From NCBI GenBank assembly GCA_000091205.1, contig AP006496.2: 64,000 bases of DNA; one strand, given 5' to 3'. Position numbers and translations under genes: made by a program. Position 1 is the first letter of the stretch; each line of letters begins with the position of its first letter. This DNA is from Cyanidioschyzon merolae (lineage: Eukaryota). This document shows, piece after piece, positions 54,449-62,401 of this stretch. The notes under the pieces were generated by a model. The model made no database searches and had not been told where the DNA came from. It was given only the letters and a program-made list of their open reading frames with translations.

Positions 54449-54802
54449 AATATAAGTGTTTTTCCATCGGAAAAATGAAGCGTGTAGCTCTAACGTACAA
54501 ATTGTAACGATGTTCAAGTCGTAGAAAAATACATTGTTTGTCCTCAATCGTGTTTCAACCTTCACTCTAGTGTATTCAAGTGCTTTTTCGTGCGTAATAG
54601 CTGTCCCATCCAAAGTGGTTTCGGTTTTTATATTGAAAAAGGAAAGTTACGGAAGTGGAAGTGTAGGATCCTGGGCGTCAATGTCGCCGGCAGCCCGAAA
54701 AAACGAAGAACAGTGCCAAGTGCAAAGGAACAGGATAAGAAGAAGAAGTAAAAGTGGAAGGCCCTACGTCAAAGGCTACACAAAAGACGACGGTACGACG
54801 AG

Positions 54803-56838
54803 ATGGCGGTGAAAGCCTGTCTTCTTCAACATACCAAGGATCCGTACAGGGAAAACGTTCGAGAGGCAATATGGAACCGTGTCGAGCCGAACTCCAGCGG
54901 TGTTCGTGATGCTTCTCAAGGAATGTTGCATTTCCTAAGAAAATGGTATCATGACGTTACGGACATCAAAACAGTCGATATTCTGGGTGAATTTTTCAAC
55001 AAAACCTTTATTCATCACTTTATGCTTGGCACCGGGGAAACGTCTAGGTGAAATGAGCGAGTTCATGCCCTCCACAAAATTTACGCCGAGTTCCGCTTCG
55101 ACGGTACTCGATACAGGGGGGATTGGGATATTTACATCTACGGGGCGATGAAGTACCTCACCAGTCTAAAGAACCATTTAACAATGAACCTCAAAAGCTT
55201 CATGATACGCTCCATCTTTGCACTCTACCCCGGTCTCACTCGTCAGGGGATATGGGCGATTGTCAATGGCAACACGAACGATCGCAAGCATGAAGATGAG
55301 ATTGAATTCATCGACGAGAAGAAATCACTCAGGAGCATGAATGAGGATTCCGTCATCCGAGCGGCTATACAAGAGCATCGTACGGTACTGGGGTTGGCGA
55401 ACCGAGCAGCAAAGATATCAGAGTTGAAAAAAGATAACGAAAGATACTATCGCCTCGTCCTGCGTTACTTTGTGTTTCTGGGCCGTGAGCTCGAACGCAA
55501 GGCAGAGATGAAGCTGAGTGAGGAAAAAATGAAGAGCGGGGGAAACGAAAGGCTGCGCTTCTGGGTAAGCGCTTCAACGTCGTTCCGTTGTCCAACATCA
55601 AGTCACGTTTTGTGACTATCGATTCCAGAATCCTTTACGGCATCATGAAAGACTTCAGCCCCGAGTTTAATGTCAGCAGGAAGGAGAGTACCGGTGAAAA
55701 CCGGGAGACGTACTGGAAGAATATGTTTGATTTCACACGTCTGAAAGTGGGCAAACAAAAGGTATTCACAGGGGTGATCGAAACCGATGGAGTAGCCATG
55801 TGTATTCACTATCGGCGCTTGAAGGCGGATCGTCCAGTTCCGTCTTCGATAGTGTCCGTGACGAAGCATGAAGATGAGAAGGAGGCGGATTGTGCCACAC
55901 AGAAAGTGCAGGATAACAACTTTGTCGTTGGCGCGGACCCTGGGATTACGAATATCGTAACCATCGCTGCTCCCAAGCGTGCGGAAGATGGTAACGACGG
56001 TAACACACGTCAGAAAGGCATGCGTCTGTTGAGGTTCTCGAGAGCGAGATACCACCGAGGATCCGGCGTAATGAATGCAAGGAAGAAAATCATTACATGG
56101 AATTCAGGAATGAAAGAGCACCTGGAAGCTTTGAGCGAGGTGACGAGCCGAGGAGCGGACTTTAACGCTTTTCGGGAGATTATGGAAGTTCGCGTTGCTC
56201 ATTGGGATTCGCTGTGGGAGGAGTATACAAAGCCTCGACGGGCTCGTCTGCTTATGAACCTGTATTGTGGGAAGCGGCTTGCATTCGCCAACTTTTTCAG
56301 TCAGTTGAGCGCCTTGAAGGAGGATGAAAGTCAGAGGCTCGTAGTAGCATACCGAGCAGGGCGCTGGGCGTCGAAAAAAGGAACTACGCCAACTCCAACG
56401 ACAAGAACGTACAAGGAGTGCGCACGGCGCTTCGCTACGATACCTGTAGATGAGTTCCGAACATCCTATACAAACCATGAACTGGGGTGCACGCCTCAGA
56501 CGGTCGAGATGGAGAAGTGTCAGCGAAGCCCTGAGGATATACAAAAGTACGGACCGCTGACGGAAGAGCATATGGGAAGGAGGGCGAAAGTTCGAGGGCT
56601 ACTTGCACTAATGAGTACAACCAATGATAGTAAGAAACGTATGGAGTTTGTGAATCATGACTTAAATGCCGCGATCAATATCAAGAGATGTGCGGTGCTG
56701 GAGAAGAGACCTCCAAACTGGACAAGAATGAACTTTATTGGACAACCTCTCAAAGTCAAACTATATGAGAAGAAGTTGGAAGCAGTAGTAGGCGGCCGGT
56801 CCAAGAAAACTGCGAGGCGTCTGTACGTAAGTTGGTGA
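54803..56838 (+). pseudogene. Fanzor1-like TnpB-family RuvC nuclease gene of copy F5
   Basis: RuvC-I is [18 protein letters not shown] (D at 55936-55938). The Cys-containing region is YKECARRFATIPVDEFRTSYTNHELGCTPQTVEMEKCQRSPE. RGLLAL follows. RuvC-III is FVNHDLNAAINIKRCAVLEKR (D at 56659-56661). Confidence 0.7.
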
Positions 56839-56907
56839 TGTCTAGTCTGGGGCGCGGCGATCGCCACTACTGTACCACTGGCGACAGCGTTTTTCTTTTG
56901 AAAGGCG
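56740..56907 (+). ncRNA. candidate omega-RNA scaffold region of copy F5
   Basis: After the stop at 56836-56838: tgtctagtctggggcgcggcgatcgccactactgtaccactggcgacagcgtttttcttttgaaaggcg. This is conserved with the other copies and diverges at 56908. Confidence 0.25.
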
Positions 56908-56944
56908 TTGGTTTCCAGGGGCGCGCGCTACAGCAACGCCTCTG

Positions 56945-57517
56945 GTGCGCCTGCTGGGTATGACGGCAGACGCAGCTTGGCCAGCGCTCGTGGTTAGCTT
57001 TCTCCTGGGGCTTTTCGCAGGGCGCCGCAGCAAGCACCAACGAACTGGTGCCAGCGGGCTGGACACGAGTGCATCGGGCGCGCCTGCTGGGTCAGTGATC
57101 GACAGCACGCCCGCTGATGCACCGTTCGCCTCGCTGGTGCCGCTCGCGTCGGCGCCGTCAGGGACCACCGCTGACGTTAAACTGATGCTCATCGTACGTC
57201 GTGACCTGAAGATGAGCCCTGGCAAAATTGCCGCTCAATGCGGGCATGCCTCTGTCGGTGCTTTTAGAGGGTGTACGGATCGCGCGCTGCTGGCTGCTTG
57301 GGATCGAAACGGCCAGCCGAAAATTGCGCTGCGCTGCAGCTCACTGAAAGAGCTGTTGGCGATCGAACGGGCGGCCCGGCAGCTTCGTATACCGACTTTT
57401 GCCGTACGCGACGCGGGGAGAACGCAGGTCGTGGCGGGCACGATTACGGTGCTGGCTGTTGGGCCTGCCGAGAGTGCCAAACTCCAGAGAATCACCGGCC
57501 ATTTGAAGCTACTTTAA
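56945..57517 (+). CDS. PTH2: peptidyl-tRNA hydrolase 2 (PTH2 family) with N-terminal membrane anchor
   Basis: The N-terminal TM helix is AAWPALVVSFLLGLFAG. The domain VKLMLIVRRDLKMSPGKIAAQCGHASVGAF...GQPKIALRCSSLKELLAIERAARQLRIPTFAVRDAGRTQVVAGTITVLAVGPAESAKLQRITGHLKLL is collinear with PTH2. Confidence 0.85.
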   Translation: MRLLGMTADAAWPALVVSFLLGLFAGRRSKHQRTGASGLDTSASGAPAGSVIDSTPADAPFASLVPLASAPSGTTADVKLMLIVRRDLKMSPGKIAAQCGHASVGAFRGCTDRALLAAWDRNGQPKIALRCSSLKELLAIERAARQLRIPTFAVRDAGRTQVVAGTITVLAVGPAESAKLQRITGHLKLL

Positions 57518-58141
57518 AAACATCGAAGTGCTGCGAGTATAAAGACGACACCCAGGGGCCAGAACACGTGCGCTGATGCTAGCGTCCAGTGTTGAGACGC
57601 CAAGGAGCCGCTGCTGAGAAGCCGGCAGCGCGAGACGCGGCTCGCAGTATCGCGCTGCACACCAGGATTCGAGTTCGCGAATCAGTGCAGTCGGCAGTTT
57701 ACGAGAACGGGCGGCAGGCTGCATCTGAGTGCATGTCGATGCACTCTCCGTGCTGCAGCGCGTCGTCACGCAAGGCTATCGCCATCATAGCGGAGCGCGG
57801 TGCTGGCCGTGCCTTTGTGCCGCATGCCATAGCCTAGCACTTGCCCGGTATTTTGGTTGGTCAAGTGCCGCGCTGACGCGTATTCACGCGAGTTGCGTTC
57901 TACATAAAAACACTAGATACAGCAGCTGAGCCTGTATCCACTCCTTTGCCCGTTAGCAGCCACACTTGGCGCTATGCTTTACGTTGCTGTGAAAGCGTGC
58001 AGCTTCAGCAGCAAGGCTTGCCTCCATGCGCGCACTCGTCTACACGCGATCCAATCAGCTCCCTCATTGTCGATAACGAGCGCGTTTCTAAAGATGCCCA
58101 TTCATGCCTAGCATGGTATCGCCAGGTTTCCAATCGCATCC

Positions 58142-60403
58142 CTACTCCATGCGATTCAGGAATCGTAAAAGAGCAGCGAGAACGCTGTCCACCCGGGGCG
58201 TCGATGCATCCGGCAACGCCGTTTCAAGACGCGCTTCCGCAATCTGATTTGCACCCAACGATTGGAGCAGGGATCCAAACCCCGTTTCAAGCAGGAGCGC
58301 CCCCATATTCTCTAGGAGGCTCGCAAGAAGCCCTGTCGATCGTGGACGCACCTCCATGAAACGCAGCGGTCGATCTGCGGCTAGTTCAAGACGTTCCCGA
58401 CACAGCTCGACAGCGCGATCAAAGCCGCCGAGTGCATCGACGAGCCCCACGGCGAGCGCTTGCGTACCCGACCAGACACGTCCTTGTGCGTAGCGATCGA
58501 ACTCGTGATGTTGGCGACCACGGCTCTCCGCTGCCTTGCGCACAAACGACTCGTAGACTCGCTCCGTACTCCGCGTGAAATAGGCATCCTCTTCGGGTGT
58601 GAAGGGCCGAAAATCCACATCGAGCTCCGCATAGCGCCCCCTACTCAAAACCTCTCGACGAAATCCAATGCGCTCAAAGAGTTGTTGCAGAGACGGTTTG
58701 GCAGTTACAACGCCGATGCTGCCTGTTAGGGTGAGAGGTTCCGCCACGATCGCCTGGCATCCCATGCTGATGTAGTAACCACCGCTACCGGCAACGTCGC
58801 CCATACTCGCAATGACCGGCTTGCGCTTGGCCAGCTCGCGGATGGAGTTCCAGATCAGGTCCGATGCTAGCGCGGAGCCTCCGGGCGAATCAACACGAAG
58901 TATCACAGCTGCGAGGCTTCGATCGTTTTTCGCTCGCTCCAACTGCTCCACAAGCGTGTCCGAGCCTATGCTGGGACTGAATAACGGGTTCGACGAGCTG
59001 CGTCCCGTTTGGATAGCGCCCAACGCCCGAATCACCCCAATTTTCGTGACACCTCGGCGACGCCCTTCGGGCAGGCCTAACACAGACGGACGCACCCGCC
59101 GATAGCGCTTAGCGGCCACTGCTCGCAATGGACGCACCAACAATCGTCGCAGGCGACGGTCTGCACTGCTCGAGCTGCTCTCCTTTTCGCTGGTTTCGGA
59201 TAGACCCCAGGCTTTGCCGACAAACCGCATTTTGAGCTTGTCTAGAAGATCATTCTCATAGGAGATACCATCTACGAATCCGAGCGCTTTCCATTCGGCT
59301 ACCGTCATGGGCGGATCGTCCAGGATGCGATGCACGACGGCTGCAGGGTCTGGCTCTGAACCCACTCGTGTGCTCAGCTCGCTGCACAGATGTTCATACT
59401 GTTGCTCCAGAAGCGATGTGAGGACTTCACGTTGGGCGTCGCTCATCGTGCGTCTGGCAAGCTGATCGCCTGCTGATTTATAGGCGCCAATGCGCTTCAC
59501 TTGCGGCTCAATGCCGATCTTGTCAAGGACGCCGCGTAGAAAGCTCGCGGAGACTTTCATGCCCCGAAGCGACAGGATACCCTCCGGAGGCATGTAGATC
59601 TCATCTGCGCCGAGCGCCAGATAGTACTCTCGTTCGGAAGCTACCGCCATGTAAACGATCACCGGTTTGCCTGATTGTCGGAAGTAGTCGAGATAGCGGC
59701 GCGCTTCCTGCAAACGAGCGTAGCCGCATGCCAGTGGACCTATCTTGACGTACATGGCGCAGATTCGCGGATCATGCGCTCCATTCCGGCATATTCGCTT
59801 CCAGTCTTCCAGCGAGATGCTGCTGGCGGCGGGGAAGGTAGCCGCGTGGCTGTCGGGAAACGGGCCCTCGAGATCGACGGTTATTGTCGTATAGCGACGA
59901 AGGCGGACGCGCACGAACACGAGCTTCCATGCAAGCCATACCCGCCATAGCCAACCCGTCTGTGGCTTGAACTCCAAACGATGTGCCTCCAGCGCACCCG
60001 GCACGCGCACATGGTTCACCGCGGACGGCTCAGGGAAGTTCACCGTGCCAGCGGCCTCGCCGAGTTCGCTGACGACGCTGTTTGGCGGGTCGCGCGAAGC
60101 TCCAGCCTCGTGAAGACTCGCGGACAGCGGGAGCCGTGGAGCACGCCCGCGTCGCGTTCTTGCCAAACGAGGAGCACGGGAAGTGCTCTCTCTGTGGCGC
60201 TGCACGCCGCTCCTGTTCGAGCGCTGACGGAGACGCGAAGCGCTGCCGGCCGGCGCCGCTACGAACGCCGCCGCTGACACGAGCATCGCGGGCTCCGTTC
60301 CAAACACGTTGGCAGACTGCGAAAACCTTCGTTCCAGCGAACAAACGACAAGCGGAAAGCGGTGGAATTCGCAACTGCGTCCACAACGCAGCTGTCGTTG
60401 CAC
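58142..60403 (-). CDS. sppA: signal peptide peptidase A / protease IV (MEROPS S49, ClpP/crotonase fold), two-domain form
   Basis: 753-aa ORF. The C-terminal domain has KPVIASMGDVAGSGGYYISMGCQAIVAEPLTLTGSIGVV with the catalytic Ser in the GSGGY context and a Lys dyad partner. The N-terminal domain has GKPVIVYMAVASEREYYLA. Confidence 0.8.
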   Translation of the reverse strand: MQRQLRCGRSCEFHRFPLVVCSLERRFSQSANVFGTEPAMLVSAAAFVAAPAGSASRLRQRSNRSGVQRHRESTSRAPRLARTRRGRAPRLPLSASLHEAGASRDPPNSVVSELGEAAGTVNFPEPSAVNHVRVPGALEAHRLEFKPQTGWLWRVWLAWKLVFVRVRLRRYTTITVDLEGPFPDSHAATFPAASSISLEDWKRICRNGAHDPRICAMYVKIGPLACGYARLQEARRYLDYFRQSGKPVIVYMAVASEREYYLALGADEIYMPPEGILSLRGMKVSASFLRGVLDKIGIEPQVKRIGAYKSAGDQLARRTMSDAQREVLTSLLEQQYEHLCSELSTRVGSEPDPAAVVHRILDDPPMTVAEWKALGFVDGISYENDLLDKLKMRFVGKAWGLSETSEKESSSSSADRRLRRLLVRPLRAVAAKRYRRVRPSVLGLPEGRRRGVTKIGVIRALGAIQTGRSSSNPLFSPSIGSDTLVEQLERAKNDRSLAAVILRVDSPGGSALASDLIWNSIRELAKRKPVIASMGDVAGSGGYYISMGCQAIVAEPLTLTGSIGVVTAKPSLQQLFERIGFRREVLSRGRYAELDVDFRPFTPEEDAYFTRSTERVYESFVRKAAESRGRQHHEFDRYAQGRVWSGTQALAVGLVDALGGFDRAVELCRERLELAADRPLRFMEVRPRSTGLLASLLENMGALLLETGFGSLLQSLGANQIAEARLETALPDASTPRVDSVLAALLRFLNRME

Positions 60404-60419
60404 GTTTCACCAAGACGCG

Positions 60420-60835
60420 CAACGAAAGATGCTGCAAATTTTTTCCCATTGCCAAGACGCGTACCAAGGCCAGCGTCCTCCGATTGTGCGCTTTTGCTTT
60501 TTTCTTTTTCTTTTCATTTTTTTTCAGCGCGCGGTTAAGCATCCATCAAACCCCCTACTTCCAAACTCCGTAACCCATACTACTCCTCGGATACACTGAT
60601 CGCTTCATAGGCTGTATCGTTCGCTGAGCGCATGCCGCAAGCGTCCCTTGTGGAGCTTGTACCGTTGGCACGAATGCATCTCAATGACAGAACGGCTTTG
60701 CCGTACTAATGAGGACGCCGCCTCGGTGCTTGGTTTATCCAACATGGAATCGGGATTCACTATCATTACGAGAGCCTGCAAGCTGCGCAGACAGACCTAC
60801 TGCCTGCAACAGCGCGAAGAGATTTACCAGGATAA
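60420..60835. repeat. R3 5' fragment (plus orientation, 60420-60600) abutting R2 copy D (minus orientation, 60600-60835) in the SppA promoter region
   Basis: 60455-60600 matches the first ~150 bp of R3. The reverse complement of 60600-60835 matches R2 (cttcgcgctgttgcaggcag...ctcgtaatgatag...ggcaaagccgttctgt). Confidence 0.6.
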
Positions 60836-61089
60836 TCCTGCGAACACGGGCGACTCCTAGACGCAGCGCACCAGCTCCTAGTCCCGAACTGAACTGCGTT
60901 GCGGGCGAGCTGCTCAAGTCTCGCCATTGCACCCACCACTTGGTGGAGCATGAAGTTTCAGCGCGGCGGAGTCGTCTGGCTCGCGGGACGCCCCGACTAA
61001 AAGGTGAACTTTCGACCATGCGAAACAATTTTGCCAGCTTCAACACGTACCGTCGAGGCAAATATTCGTATATCGTTGCTAGGTAGCGT

Positions 61090-62000
61090 TCGTTTCCGTG
61101 ATTATTTTCTACAGCGCAGTCGATACGCACACCATCATATTTGGGAGATGACATTGACGGCAGCCTGCGCCACAATGAGATGCGTCTTTTGAAGTTCTCG
61201 AGAGCTGCATATTGCCGACAGTCGGAGATAATGAAGCCCAAGAAATACTGCACCCTGCAACGCTGAACAGAAGGAGTACCTGGACGCGATGAGCAAAGTC
61301 GCGTCGCGCGGAGCGGACTTTCGAGCTTTTCTCGAATTCACGGAAACTCAAGCTGCTCATGCCGAGGAGCTGTGGAAAGAGAGTATCCAAAGCCCCGGTG
61401 GGCTCGTCAGCGCATGAACCTTCGCAGAGGGAAGAAGCGGGTACGCGGCATGTTCATGAATCAGTTGAGCGCCCTCAAGCAGGACAAGAGTCAAAGGCTC
61501 GTAATTGGATACGCAGCAGGGCGCCGGGTGTCCAAAAAGCTAGCGTACCAGCTCCATCGACAAGAGCGCGCAAGGAGTGCACACACCGTTTCATCGCAAT
61601 ACCGACAGATGAGTTCTGAACGTCCTACGTGCACCAGGGGCTGTGGTATACGCTTCTGGAGGTCGAGATGGAAAAGTGCCAGCGGAGGGCTGAGCATATA
61701 CAAAAGTGCGGAGACCTGACGGTGCAGGAAATGGCACGAAGGGCGCGAGTTCGAGTACTCCTCGCTCTAGTGGGTTCAAGCAGCGGCAACAAACACATGC
61801 AGATCGTGAATCGAGACTTTAACGCCGCTTTCAATATCAGGTGATGTGCGGTACTGGAGAAGAGATTCGAGGGGTTGACACGATCCAATTTTGTGCCACA
61901 AACTCTCCGAGTCCAACTGTAAAACGAGAACTTGAAACCAATAACAGGCGGCCGGTCGATAGAGACGGAGCGGCGTCAGCACGTCGGTACATAGGTACCC
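61090..62000 (+). pseudogene. Fanzor/TnpB-like fragment F6 (5'-truncated, degenerate C-terminal half)
   Basis: Plus-strand frames encode ..MRLLKFSRAAY.., ..YPKPRWARQRMNL..GKKRVRGMFMNQLSALKQDKSQRLVIGYAAGRR.., RFIAIPTDEF.., and LLEVEMEKCQRRAEHIQKCGDLTVQEMARRARVRVLLALVGSSSGNKHMQIVNRDFNAAFNIR, the last two being the Cys region and RuvC-III. Confidence 0.6.
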
Positions 62001-62347
62001 GCGCGATCATCGTACCGTATTCAAACGCGATCCCCAGAAGCAGCGCGCAATCGCAACCGCAGCTGTGCACTGCATCGGTGCGCGCGGAGGCGGCGGCGCG
62101 ATGCGTGAATCTGCTGCGGGCGTACGCTCGTCTGCCGGAGGCATCCAGCGCCTCCAGGTGACACTTCAGGGCTGGTAACGTCTTCGAAAAGCCAGAGCAA
62201 GGGATAGCTGTGTGTACCGAAGCACCGCCATAGATTGCTAAAGTCTTTTGCGGTACTTGTTTTTAGCACCTGGCTCGAGTCCCGGGCGCTCGTCGGGGCC
62301 ACTGTAGTTCGTGCGCGCGCGCGTTTCCGGAGTAACCAGTACTGCGG

Positions 62348-62366
62348 TGTGTGTGTGTGTGTGTGG
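62348..62366. repeat. (GT)n microsatellite
   Basis: gtgtgtgtgtgtgtgtgtg seen directly. Confidence 0.9.
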
Positions 62367-62401
62367 AAAGCGAGCCTCTGACCGCCTTCAACAGATTCCC
62401 A

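Larger units (their letters stand above)
54449..56907 (+). mobile_element. Fanzor/TnpB-like element copy F5 (full length; one in-frame TGA and one frameshift)
   Basis: Plus-strand ORFs 54803..55051, 55148..55615 and 55588..56838 (416 aa) are collinear with the F3 protein. The in-frame stop is TGA at 55049-55051 (..GETSR*NERVHALH..). A frameshift lies near 55570-55600. The conserved 3' tail is 56839-56907. Confidence 0.75.
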
